In this document: positions 27,168-39,567 of the stretch, in pieces
How positions within the stretch are numbered: position 1 is the stretch's first letter
Layout: each line of letters opens with the position of its first letter
Origin: the human T2T-CHM13v2.0 reference genome, Homo sapiens
Assembly (NCBI RefSeq): GCF_009914755.1
Contig: NC_060927.1
Strand: one strand, 5' to 3'
Length of the DNA: 64,000 bases
The notes under the pieces: model-generated
Database searches by the model: none
Seen by the model: the letters and a program-made list of their open reading frames with translations, nothing else
What the model was told of the DNA's origin: nothing
Translations under genes and position numbers: made by a program

Positions 27168-30100
27168 GCCAGGTAACAACATTACAGGAAAAGAAAGTTA
27201 TAGTCCCAGTATTCCTCATGAACATATATGCACAATTCTGCAACAAGTACTAGTATATGGAATTCAATGGCACCTTAAAGGGATCATTCACCATGCTCAA
27301 GTGGGATATATCCCCGGGATTCAAGTATGGCTCAACATAAACAAATTAATAAATGTGATACACCACCTTAACAGAACAAAGGAAAAAAATAGATTATCAT
27401 CTCAATAGATGCAGAAAAGGAATTCAACAAAATTCAACATACATTCATGATAAAAATTCTCAACAAATTAGGTGTAAAAGGAAGGTACATCAACACAATA
27501 ATGACCATATACAAGAAGCTCATACAAAGCAACATACTTAATGCTGTAAAGTTGAAAGCTTTGCCTTTAAGATCATGAACAAGACTAGAATGTTCACTCT
27601 TGTCACTTCTTTCAACGTAGTACTGGAAGTCCTCAGCAGAGCAATTAGAAAAGAGAAAGAAAAATAAAAATATAAACAACTCTGTAGAAAGAAAACAAGC
27701 TGATTAAAAATGGTCAAGGGACCTGAATAAGCATTTCTTAAAAGAATATATACAAAGGGCCACCGTTAAATGAAAAAAAAATGCTCAACATCACTAAATA
27801 TTAGGGAAATGCAATGAGATAGCACCTCACACTTGTCAGAGTGGCCATTATCAAAACAAACAAACAAACAAACAAAAACAAGTGTTGGCAAGGATACAGA
27901 GAAAAGGAAATCCTTGTATACTGTTGATGAGATGGTAGGTTAGCACAGCCATTACAGAAAACAGTATTGTCATTTCTCAAAATACTAAAAATAGAACTAC
28001 TATATGATCCAGAAATTCCACTTCTGGGAATTTATCCATAAGATTTAAAATCAGTATGTCAAAGAGTTGTCGGCACTCCTCTCCTACGGTCACTGCAACA
28101 CTATTCATAATAGCCAAGTTACAAAATCAACCTAAGTGTCCATCAGCACATGAATAGATAAAGAAAGTATGTGATATATACCCAATGGAACACTTATTCA
28201 GCCTTAAAAAAGAAAGAAATTCTGTCATTTGTGACAGCCTGAATGGAACTAAAGAACATTATGCTAAGTGAAATAAGCCAAGCACAGAAAGACAGATATT
28301 CCTGCATGTTCTCACTTCCACGTGGAATCTAAAACAATCAAACCCAAAGAAGCAATGAGAATAATGGTGGTTACCCGAGACCACTGGGGTGGGGTGGAAA
28401 GATGATTGTCAAATACAACAAAGACTCAATTAGAAGACAGCTTTTTTTTTCTTTGAGATATACTCCACAGTATGATGAATATAGTAAATAATAATGTATT
28501 GTACATTTCAAAATTCCTAAGAGAGTAAATTTCAAATCTTCTCACCACAGAAAGTAAGTATTTGAGGTGATGGATATGTTAATTAGCTTGATTTAATTAT
28601 TCTGTTTCATAATTCATAATTTATGATATCACTTTGTATCCCATAAACATATATAACTATAATTTATAAATTTACAATTTTAAAATATGTTTCAAAACAA
28701 AACTCACCAAGTATAATATTCTTTCCTGTTCAAACCAACATAAAGAATAAGATTTAACCTTTTCCTGCAACACAGAATCCTTATCATGAGCATCATGTTG
28801 TTCTGAATGTGTCAATGCCAGTGAGGACTACAGATTTCAGACCCGATTCACTGAATTCCTCCCACCTACTAAGTCTATTTAAGTTGACAATTTTGGTGTC
28901 TCTTCCCTATGTGGTAGTTCCAATGGTATAGAGGGCAGTTTGCAACACCAATGACATTAGACTGTCTGCTGCTCCAGTTATTTAATCAGTTTTTTTCCCT
29001 TAATCCCCAGGTTGGCTTTCTAGACAACCCCCCTCCACCTTGCTTGCTTTCTGGTTGTAACCTCACATTAAGTAAAGATTGACAGTGGTAAAATTAGTTT
29101 TTATCTTATGTAGTATTGACTCAAAAAGAGGAAAACTGTGGTTTTACTTTAGGTAGCAAAACATATCTTCCAGCGCAGGCTGTTATTTAAAGGTATTTCC
29201 TACTGAATTTTGGATAATGAAAGTTATATACTACTTGATAGCTACTGGGGTGGTGTGCCTTGGTGTTACCTTGCTTTCCCTCATCTCTGATTTTCCCCTT
29301 ACATTCAACTTTATTCCAACTGTCCATACTCAGCCTTGATCATTTTCCTATTTCTCACATGGCTACTTCTGTGTTCACACAAAAGCTCCAAAGAAGCCCT
29401 GATCTGTTATGTAGTTCAGGATAGGTGGTACACAAAAATAATACAATTGGGAAACATATCACAACCTTAAATGCAAAATTTTCCCCAAGACCTATTTCAT
29501 ATTCATCTTTCCTTCTTTCAGAAGGGGACAGGAGAAATTCGATGCAATGAGGTAAAGCATTTCCCCACTTGAAAATCTGTTTGCTCAATAATTTGAGCTC
29601 TTGCTACTACAGCTTTTTTTTTCTTTCTTTCTTTTTTTTGTTTTGTTTAAGAGTATTTGTTACAGGAAATAGCCACACAATGTAAATGTATACCCATACT
29701 TAAGGAAAATGACTTGAATGCCTCAAGATGAGGTTTTATTTTTACAGTTCCTTCTGAAATCAGAAGGTAGAGATAAATAACCCCTCTTATTCTAGAGGGA
29801 AAGAATTCTGAGTTTGTCATTTCTTTGTGTTATTTTGTCTTCTTTTTTAGAAGTGAGGTATCCTGAACTTAACAGCCAGACAAGTTTCATCATTGCTTAG
29901 GAAGTATCTGAATGTAATGGCAAAGAGCCAGAGAGAAAGAGCAGCATTAAGTGTTTTTAATTTATAATGAAAAGTCATAATGGCTTAATAACTACACGTG
30001 AAACTCTGAAAATTCCTCCAAGTAAAAGGGCAACATGGTACTCAAGAAGTCGTCAGCATGAGTAACCGAAGAAGAGAAGGCTAGATAACAAAAGACAAGA

Positions 30101-30671
30101 ATGAGACGCTAACCTAGACTCAGGCTAGAGAGATACAACTCATTCTGAAGAAGCAGCCGGTGGTAAAAGGAAGAACTCTCCTTACACAATCTGTTTGTTT
30201 CCCAAATGACTAATGACAAAATGCCTCCAACTCTGGTCCTCCAGGCTTCTGGGGTCAGTCTTCCTTTAGCTATATTTTAAATAACTCAAGCCTCCATCCT
30301 TCTTAATCTTCTGAAAATTTGGACACTTTTCACAAGAAATCTGAGAATTTCTGGAGTAGAATGCTCTCATGGTCACTTCTTATCCTGCCTCATAACAGCA
30401 CTACCAACAACCTAAAATCAGTTATTACACTTCTGTGTTTTTAAAGTCTTTCAACCCACACCTCTTCCTCCCTCCACCAAGCCCCCTCCCCAAGGAAATT
30501 TTTCACTGGAAAACATTTTCTCTCCAAGTGAAGCTCCCTAATACATTGCTGTATCCCCCACCATATGCATCCTTAAATTTCTCCTTTTATGTGTTCTTAA
30601 CCTCTATCTCCCAGGCTACCTGAGCAAACTGTAGATTTTTTATGCAAAGTTAATCAGCATTCAGCTTTGCC

Positions 30672-31120
30672 CTCTGTTTCACAATCATGAATGACCACAC
30701 ACTGGAACCATCTGAGGAGCATATGGCATATCAAAGACCAGGCCCCACCGTACATCAAATGAATTACAGTCTCAGTAAGGAAGGCCAGAATATCATTATA
30801 CTTTAAAAGTTCCCCGGGAGATTCTAATGTACAAGCTAGAAAACTTTTCTAGCCCAGTGCTTCCTGAGCTTTAATGTTCGTAAGAACTACCTGGGGATCT
30901 TTTTAAAAGGCAGATTATGATTTAGTAGACCTAGAGTGGAGCCCAAGATTCTGCAATTCTAACAATTACTCAGGACCACACTTTGAGTAGTAAGATTCTA
31001 GACCAGTGGTTTCCAAACTTGTTCCACATTAGTATCACCTGGACATCTTTAGAAACTACTGCTGTCTGGCTTCTAGTCCCAGATATTAGGATTTTTAAAA
31101 TTTCATAGGTGCTTCCAAAT
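30672..31120. mobile_element. Cluster of three hAT-Charlie MITEs (MER5A/MER5B/MER3-like)
   Basis: Three units (about 30672-30847, 30855-30994, 31004-31120) with cagtg(g/c)tt starts and cacctgg / gattctaatgt / ggaccacactttgagtag motifs, separated by tctag. Confidence 0.72.
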
Positions 31121-31704
31121 CCTTATTTTAAACCATGAATCCAGGAAGGGTGAGTCTGTTATATCTGTCATCGTTTCCATTTCCAAACCAATAACAGCTC
31201 ACTGATAAGAATCTTGCAGCTTCCCTCGTATACTAAAACTTCTGTAGTTAGCTCTTATTCTAAACAGCAATTTTCCATCCCAATTATAGAATGTTATACA
31301 TGTGTATAAGACAACTATTTAGTAAAACAGTGTTGATTTACACTTTTATTTCCAAAGGCCCAATATAATAATGTCTTTAAGTATAAACTTTAGCAGAAAT
31401 TTCTAAACCCAGGTGGATTTTTTCATGCATCAGGTATTACCAATAAGAGCAATAGGAAAGAGGCTGCTCTACAATTGGTACCCTGACATGTGCTCTTTAC
31501 AAAATTACCAATTACTACTTAAACTAATATGCCAAGATCTTACCCTTGGAAGTGGTCAATAAGTAATTCGTTGAATAGGCATCCCATCTTGACTTCAAGA
31601 TAATCACTGGTGAGTTTATATGACAGGCAGTAGATGGCTACAGCACAAGCTATATATTGATAAGTGAACACTTCTTTCTTTGTTTAAATTCTCTCTTTCC
31701 AAAT

Positions 31705-31905
31705 ATTACATGAGTGATCTTGAAAAAGTTTATTAACTTTGAGCTCATTTGTCCCATCTATAAGGATTAGAATAACAAAGACTGCCATATACACATGTAC
31801 ACACACACACACACCACATATACATATGGGGAATTTAAAGAAAAATAAATATTAGATTAAATTACTGCCTGTCCATTACTCTGTGCTCAATAAACATTAG
31901 CATCT
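31705..31905 (+). mobile_element. MIR with an internal (CA)n
   Basis: gagtgatcttgaaaaagtt..ctcatttgtcccatctataa..gctcaataaacattagc. Confidence 0.65.
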
Positions 31906-32908
31906 TTCTTTTGCATACCCCACCCAGTCAGTTTGCAATTATTATTGGCTAGTAAGATTTTCCAAAATGTCAGAACTTTATAGCTTGATTTTTATATCTA
32001 TTTCTAATTCAAAGGAAAAATATGATATAGAGCAGCGCAACAGATGTTGTAGAAAGCTGTGAAGGGACTAAATATGTTTTCTGTACTTGAAAAGCAGATC
32101 ATCTACTGCTAGATAGAATAAACATAAATATGTAAGTATATAAAAACACAGAGAAAACACACAGCTAGTTTCACCTATGCAAAGGATCAAACATGAGGGC
32201 TGCACTGTTGCTGAGAGACCAGGCCCTGGGGCCATGTATCTGAAAGCTGCATAAAAATGGAGAGTTTGTGCAGAAATTTTAAGGCACAAAAGATGGGCCT
32301 TGGTGTGACAGAAGGCAGAGAAATAGAACAAAGAAGACTCCTATTTAAAGAGTATCACTGGCAGTGTTCAGTAACAATACAATCCCATCAAGTAAACTGT
32401 ACAGAACATCAGGTTTTAAGGACCTACATTTTTTATGACTGAATATAAAATGAATTCAATTTTTAAAACTTCAGATCCAAAGGTACTATGGGATTCTCCG
32501 TCCTTTTCTCTGATACTTCTGTAGTGTCAATATACAAAAGAGACATAGTTTAAGGGATTTAAAGAGTATCCTTGTACCTTAAAAATCAGTCTGATCTGCA
32601 ATTGCCTTGCTGTTATGTATTCTTATTGCAGAAACTGGAGACCTTTGTACAGTTTTCACTTCAGAGTACTTTTAAGTCTTTTCCTAAAGTGAAATGTGTG
32701 TTTGTAGTGTATATTTGGCAGGAAGGACAGGAAAGCAGATAAAGCTTTTCATATACTTGATACTGTGACAATTTGAGTTTCGTTCACCTATAATAAGATG
32801 GCTAAATTTCACAATAAATAATAGCTGTACTGTCTTTTAATCAACAGGGCTCCATGCTTGTTTATCCAGCTGGTATATATGTACATGCCAAAAAGTCACC
32901 AGTCTTGC

Positions 32909-33601
32909 TGAAACAGGAGAGTTTCCCTCATCGCCACTGCTGAAACCCCTGATGGGAGGGGGAATACGCAGACAGACGGGTGTAGGAGCCCAAATGGGCA
33001 TGTGCTACAGTGTGTCCTTTTAGTCTTGTTGTCTGTGCATGGCTTGAGTGTTAACCAGCTCAGTGGACCCTCTGTCTTTCTGCAAGGCAGAGGACCAGTG
33101 TGACAGTTTTCTGTATCCTGAACTCTTGTCTCGTGTCCTAGAAGAAAAGGGTCACACATGGACTTGAAGGATGAATGCGGGAGTTTTATTGAGTGGTGGA
33201 AGTAGCTCTCATCAGGATGGATGGGGAGCCAGAAGTGGGGATGGAGTGGGAAGATGATCTTCCCCTGGAGTTTGGCCATCCAGCGGCCAAACTCCTCTCT
33301 GACCGCCCCCAGTCAAATTCCTCTCAGTGTTCAGACATTCCTCCTCCTCTCTTTCTCTGCTATGTCATTCCATGGTTCATTTGCTTATCTCCTCGTCTGT
33401 TTGTCTGCTTCTGGAGCCTGGGGTTCAGGTTTATATGGGTACAGGACAGTGGGCGTGGCAGGCCAAAAGGCAACTTTTTGGGCACGAAAACAGGAATGCC
33501 TGTCCCCATTTAGGGCCATGGGTCTCCAGGCTTGAGGGTGGGGCCTTTGTCGGGGAACCACCCTCTTCTACCCAGTATTGTCCTGCATCCTGTCTGTATC
33601 A
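32909..33601 (-). mobile_element. ERV1 solo LTR (MER50-like, MER4 group), 693 bp
   Basis: TG..CA termini and a perfect 4-bp TSD ttgc (32905-32908, 33602-33605). The minus strand starts tgatacagacaggatgcaggacaatactgggtagaagagggtggttcccc and contains AATAAA. The subfamily is less certain than the LTR call. Confidence 0.85.
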
Positions 33602-33921
33602 TTGCTATATATTAACCATGTAGACTTTATCAAATATCCTTTAAGATTATAGGTAAATGGATGCTGTGATATGAGATAACTGGGATGGACAAGAGGTTTT
33701 CCAGCAATGTTCAGGATTATTCTGAGCTCAGTTGTGATTTTATTTTTTTTCTTCTTTTTGTTTAAAGATGTATCAAGGGCACTTGAAAACAAGAATTGTA
33801 AAATCCAACTATTTGTGATGTCACTACTCTAAAGAGATCAGAAATCATTCTTCCCACTTCTTACAAGTAGTCTCAACAAGATGTGTCTTCTCTAGAAAAG
33901 GTATACAACTTCTCAGTTTGC

Positions 33922-33940
33922 GAGTGTCCCCCAGTGGCCA
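33922..33940 (-). promoter_or_regulatory. Possible CTCF motif
   Basis: Minus strand TGGCCACTGGGGGACACTC against the core CCASYAGRKGGCRS, 2 mismatches. Motif match only. Confidence 0.3.
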
Positions 33941-34089
33941 AGTGCTATGAATAGAACAGGTGGACAGACTGGCTAATCTGCTTGAGTCCTTATGGGTTCA
34001 ATACCTGATTCAATTCTATATTCAAAGTGTAGTGGTTCATTATTTAAGTTTCAGATCACCTCACAATGAGTTCACAACAATAAAATATT

Positions 34090-37000
34090 AGAAAGTAATA
34101 CTTTCATCATTTAGCTAAGGTTGTAGAGCAACAAACTAACCTAAAATCTAAGGAAAGGCAGGCACCTCCAAAGACAGATGGAAAGTAAGAACTTGCTGAC
34201 CTGAAGTAGACGCTGCTGGGCAAATAAATAGAATTTAGCTAAAATATTTAAAGAATCAGGCTAACCAGAAAATACATAACTCCTGTGACCTGCAGACACA
34301 AGGAGAACTTGCATCCACTTGTAGGCTTGTCTCCAAAGACCTTGTCACATGTTCAGAAAAACAACTGTGAAGATACTAAGAAAACCTCTCTTGAGATGGA
34401 GTTCTTGGAAGGGGGCAGCTCCTGCTGGAAAAGCACACAACCCTATCTGGATCTTTCTCTCCTATCTCTCCTGGAATCAAAGGCCTTAAATTGTTGAAGG
34501 AAGTAAAACAAATCCTCCCTGCCTTGGGGAGGGGAAGGGGGCTGGGCGGGGCTGTTGAAAATCAACTGTATTTAAGGAGTGGGAATAGAAAAAAAAACTC
34601 TCTACCACTAGAGGAGAGGCTGGAACAAGTACTGGGCCCAGATCATTAAAGGTTTCCTCAGAGACATCCTGAGAAGTCCTACTCCTGTGACCCAGAACTC
34701 AGTGCCTGTCTAAGTCTGCAGCTTTATCAAAACAACAGAAAATACTGCCCCCACCACCCACCTCAGTCCCCCAACCACCACCCCCCTCCACACACACATC
34801 TACCGCCATGCAACTAAAGCTGAACTATCCGTCAAGGAACAACAGCGTGCTTAAAGAAAAGGAGCAAGACCTTGAAGAGAGAAGCTCTCTGAGAAGATAT
34901 AAAGCAGAGGTGGGGCAAACATTCAAAAAACAACCTCTGGTAAACCAGCCCTTACTCTAAGATTGAAAGCTGGTGTTGCACAAAAAAGTTACCATAGCAA
35001 CAACAAAATGTGACTATAGCCCAATTTCTGACTTAACTGACTCAACTTCCCCTTATACAAAAGGGCTAGCAAAAGGAAAGTTACTACACTATTTCCAGGC
35101 ATAAAAATTGTTTATCTCAGTCTTTGCTATCCTAGATGTGGTGTCCAAATGCCAACAAAAAACTAAGAGGCATTAGACAAAGCAAATAAAAAACAACAAA
35201 TTGTCAAGAAACAAAGCAAAAATATACCCACTCTCAGATAGGATAGATGTTGAAAATATCAGACTAGGAATTAAAAATAACTATGGTTAATATATAAAAG
35301 GCTTTAGTGGAAAAATTAGACAACATGCAAAGCCAGATAGGTAATTTCAGTAACAGAACTGAAACTGCAACAAAAAATCAAGTGGAAATCCAAGAAATTA
35401 AAATATAATAGAGATGAAGAATGCCTTCAATAGGCTCAGCAATAGACTTGATGCAGAGAAGAGAATAAATGAAATTTAAGATAAGTAAGATAAGTCAATA
35501 GGAATTAACCAAAAGAAAAAAAAAGACACAAAGGGAATGATGGGTGAAAGAATAAGTGAGCAGAGCATCTGAGAGTAATGAAACAATATCAAACAGTTTA
35601 AAATGTGTGCAATTAAAATACCAAAAAGAGAAGAAGATAGGACAAAAAAAAATTAAGAAACAATGGGAAAAAATTTTTCTGAGTTAATGACAAACTCCAA
35701 ACTATAGATCCAAGATGCTCAGAGAACATCAAGCATGATAAACACAAAAAAGAAACAGAAAGTAACTAGGCATGTTGAAAACCAGAAACAAAGAGAAAAT
35801 CTTGAACACAACCAGGGGCAGGGAAAAAAAAGATACATTATGTACAGAACAACAAATATAAGTTATGATTGCGCCAGATTTCTCATCAGAAATAATGCAA
35901 GAAAGAAAAACACTGAGTGGCATCTTAGGTGCCAAAAGAAAAACTGTTAATTCTTAATTCTATATCTAGTGAAATATCAGTCAAAAATAAAGGAGAAATA
36001 AAACCTTCCTGAAAGAAATAAACTCAGAGAGAATTCATGGCCAGCAGAAATGCATTATACTAAATTTTAAGAGAGTTCTTCAGGCAAAGGTATATGATAC
36101 CAGTCAGAAACCTGGATATACAGAAAGAAATAAATAGCACTAGAAATGGAATATGGATATAAAATTATTTTTTATTTTTAATTGGTTCTAAGAGATAACT
36201 GACTGCCTAAAGCAAAAATAGTAGCAATGTATTGTATGTATTGTATGTATGTATAAAAACTTATAGTATGTGTAAAAATAAAATGTATGACAACAGTACA
36301 ATGAGAATAAAGGATTGAGAGTATATTGTTATAAAGTTCTTACAGTACATGTTAAGTGCCATAATATACTCCTTGACTATTTAAAGATGAATACTAAAAA
36401 TGTTAGAGAAACCACTAAAATAGTTTATGAAAAAGAACAAATAATGAGGCAATAGTGGTTAAAAACTGAATCATAAAAAAATGCTCAATCTAAAATAAGG
36501 CAGAAAAAATAAGAAAAAACAAATAGAAAACAACCAGCAAAATGGTAGATTTTAACTAATCATCTCAATAATTACATTATATGTAAAGGGTCTAAATATA
36601 TCAAGTTAAAAGGCAAATTTATTATACTTGATAAAAGAGTACAACACAACTTATTTTTGTCTGTAAGATATCTTAAATATAAAGGCATAGAGGGGTTAAA
36701 GTAAAAGATTTATTGTGTAAGCACTATAAAAAGAAAGATTGAGTACCTACATTAATATCTGCCAAAGCTAACTTTATAACAAGGAATCTTGCCAGGGATG
36801 AACAGAAACATTAGAAAATGATAAAGAGGTCAACTCTTCAAGAAAAGGTACTAATCCAAAACATAATAATCCAAATATTTATGCATTTAACAACACGGTT
36901 TCAAAATACATAAGGTAAAAACCAATAGAAATGAAAGGAAAAATAGATGAATTCACAATTACAGTTGAAAATTTTAATTCTCCTTTCTTGGTAATTGAAG

Positions 37001-37250
37001 AAATAAGTAGACAAAGGATATAGAAACCTAATACCAACTTAGCCTCACTGATATTTTGTACAACACTCCACCCAATTACAACAGAATACACATGATTTTC
37101 AAGAGTACAGGAAACATTCACCAAGATAGGCCATATTTTGGGTTATAAAAAAAATTTAGCATATACAAAAAAATTAAATAAATATATTCTCAAACATCAT
37201 ATAATCAAATAAATGCACATAAAAAAATGAATCTACCTACTAACTTGGAA
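34090..37250 (+). mobile_element. Old L1 (L1M/L1MC-ME class): 5'UTR, ORF1 and ORF2 endonuclease relics
   Basis: ORF1 motifs gatgaagaatgccttcaataggctcagcaatagact and atccaagatgctcagagaacatcaagc. ORF2 endonuclease motifs ggaaaaatagatgaattcacaatt and aacattcaccaagataggccatat. Confidence 0.82.
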
Positions 37251-37269
37251 ATAATTTTTTAATACTAAA

Positions 37270-38050
37270 ATACAATTTTGGAAAAAACTGCTGGAATAGA
37301 CACACTCATGCACAGCTAATGGGAGTGTATATTGGCACGATTATTCAAGAGAATATTAGGCAATTTATTATAAACCTTAAATTTTGCATAATTTGACTTA
37401 GAAATTTACCTTGTAAAAGTGTACACTAAACAAATCATAATGTGCACATATATGTATAAGAATTTTCCTGCAGTATTATCTATAATAGTTAAAATCAGAA
37501 GTAATTTAAATATGCAACCATATATAAACTCATTTAACAAATACATATTCAGTGACCACTATGTACCAAAAGCCATTCTAGGCACTGGACAGTAGGAAGT
37601 AAGACAAATCAAGTTCCCTACTTCCACATATTTTCTATGCTAGTGGAGAGACAAACCATTAAAAACTAAACAATAAATATATAATTTCTGGTAGCAATAA
37701 GAAAATTTATGAAGTTGGTAAGTAAATTTTGGTATATTTATACAATGGCATGCTATGTAGCCATTAAAATAATATTGAAGCAAACAAAATAAGCAAACAA
37801 AAATAATGACATGAGAAGATGTTGCCAATATATCACAATTTGTAATGTGCACTATAAGATATATGTAAACTGAATAATACCATATTGGTCACAGAAAAAA
37901 GTACAGTATTAGAAAAATAATGTAAGAATATACCCTACAAAGTTAATAATCTTTCAACTGTGGATGTTCTTCCTTTGAGCTCTTTGTTTTCCAAGTTTTC
38001 TGAGGTGTATATTACTTTTGTAATTTTAAAAAAAACATGAAGTTTTTTAA
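37270..38050 (+). mobile_element. Old L1 (L1ME-like) 3' region
   Basis: gctaatgggagtgtatattggcac..ttggtatatttatacaatgg..tagccattaaaa..atattacttttgtaatt. Confidence 0.65.
37531..37670 (-). mobile_element. L2 3' end nested in the L1ME-like segment
   Basis: catttaacaaataca..actatgtacca..attctaggcactgga..ctagtggagagacaaac. Confidence 0.7.
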
Positions 38051-38337
38051 AAATGAGGTTAGGCAATAAAAGGAAGCAGAAAAATAATAATAGAGGCAGA
38101 CATTTTTGTGCCAGTGGTCCTTTTTTTTTCTTTCTTGTTTTAGGACAGGGGAAATTTCATAAAATGAATAGGTTCAGGAAAAAGAGTAAGTATATAAGGA
38201 GATGGTAAAAGATGCAAGAGAGAGTGGTTGTTTAGACAAAGTCCAAAAAAAAGATTGAGGTTATGGGGTCCCAGGCACAGAAAGTAAACCAACTTTGAAA
38301 AGGAAAAGGAACACATCTTTCTTTGAAACAAAAACAA

Positions 38338-38404
38338 TTAGAAGATGAATAAAACTGCAAAGACAGTTTAGAAGATGCATAAAAATACAAAGACAGTTTA
38401 GAAA
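38338..38404. repeat. 30-bp tandem repeat, about 2.2 copies
   Basis: ttagaagatgMataaaaMtRcaaagacagt repeated. Confidence 0.8.
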
Positions 38405-38447
38405 GAAACACATTTGGGAATCTTCATAACAGATATATTCAATGTTC

Positions 38448-38758
38448 TTTTTTTTTTTTTTTTTTTTTTTTTTGAGACAGATTCTCACTCTGTCACCAGG
38501 GCTGGAGTGCAGTGGCACAATCTCAGCTCAGCTCACTGCAACCTCCACTTCCCTAGTTCAAGGGATTCTCCTGCCTCAGCTTCCCGAATGGCTGGGACTA
38601 CAGGTGCTCACCACCACGCCCAGCTAATTTTTGTATTTTTAGTAGAGACAGGGTTTCACCATGTTGGCCAGGATGGTCTTGATCTCTTGACCTTGTGATC
38701 TGCCCGCCTCGGCCTCCCAAAGTGCTGGGATTACAGGCGTGAGCCACCATGCCATGCC
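38448..38758 (-). mobile_element. Alu (AluSc-like), full length
   Basis: T tail followed by gagacag..ccaggatggtcttgatctcttgaccttgtgatc..gagccacc. TSD tcaatgttctt on both sides. Confidence 0.97.
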
Positions 38759-38858
38759 TCAATGTTCTTATTTAACAGGTAAGCAATTTTTTTTGCTCAC
38801 AGTTAAAAGATCAGGAACCAGTAAACACACTTGACAAAGCAAAAAAGCATTGAATGGC

Positions 38859-39446
38859 TGTTGGGAACTGGTGCTTGGTGTTGCAAAAATCAACACTGAG
38901 ACAAAGGATCTCTCAGCAAGGCTAGTTTACTTTCTGCAGAAAGGGTGCTGCTTGCTAGCAGTCTTGCCACGAGAACACACATGAACAAAGGAGACAGGGT
39001 CATTTATAACCTGAGACGTCCACCCTACTGCTGTGTCTGGTTTCCACTGGCTAGAATGGGACCTCATATTCTGTACTCAACCCAATTGGCTAGCAACTTA
39101 GAACTTCCCAAAAGAGGCAAAGACAGAGGAGAACAAAGGAAGAGAGGAAGTAATTTGTGGAATGCTGACAGAGGCAAAAGCACTTCCAAATAAGGAAGAA
39201 GAATAGGCTATGACCTAATGCTTGCTTGGACTGGTTCAGGCATGCCAAGGCAAATATCTAGGCTAAAATGTGGGAGCTAAGAACACACAGTGTATTGATT
39301 TCTTTATTATGGCTAGCAGATATTTAAGAATATTAGCACAATTCTTTGAGTAAATTTTGCTTCCAAGAGAGGTTACTATCTATTCTCAATTAGACTGGGA
39401 GGAAAGTTTCTTTGAAGAGGAACCTCTACTTATTTCATTTTCTACA
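38859..39446 (-). repeat. 3' LTR (LTR10-type, size fits LTR10C)
   Basis: Preceded on the minus strand by the PPT aaagaggggggaat. About 38 substitutions and no indels relative to 44102-44689 (hand count). Confidence 0.93.
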
Positions 39447-39460
39447 ATTCCCCCCTCTTT
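39447..39460 (-). other. Retroviral polypurine tract
   Basis: attcccccctcttt (minus strand aaagaggggggaat) abuts the 3' LTR. Confidence 0.9.
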
Positions 39461-39567
39461 TATTTTATAATTCCTCTTCAAACCTGTATACTATGTCTTG
39501 ACTCAACTGCTGTTTGTCCTTCTAAGAGAAGTAATCTTTCCGAATAGGGTGGAGAAGAGTTAGGAAA

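Noticed and set aside
32896-33623. Four overlapping ORFs of about 100-127 aa
   Set aside because: All fall within a GC-rich solo LTR and are chance frames.
38859-39446. AP-1 (TGASTCA) arrays described for LTR10A/F enhancers
   Set aside because: I see no TGAGTCA/TGACTCA in either LTR, so that mechanism is not supported here.
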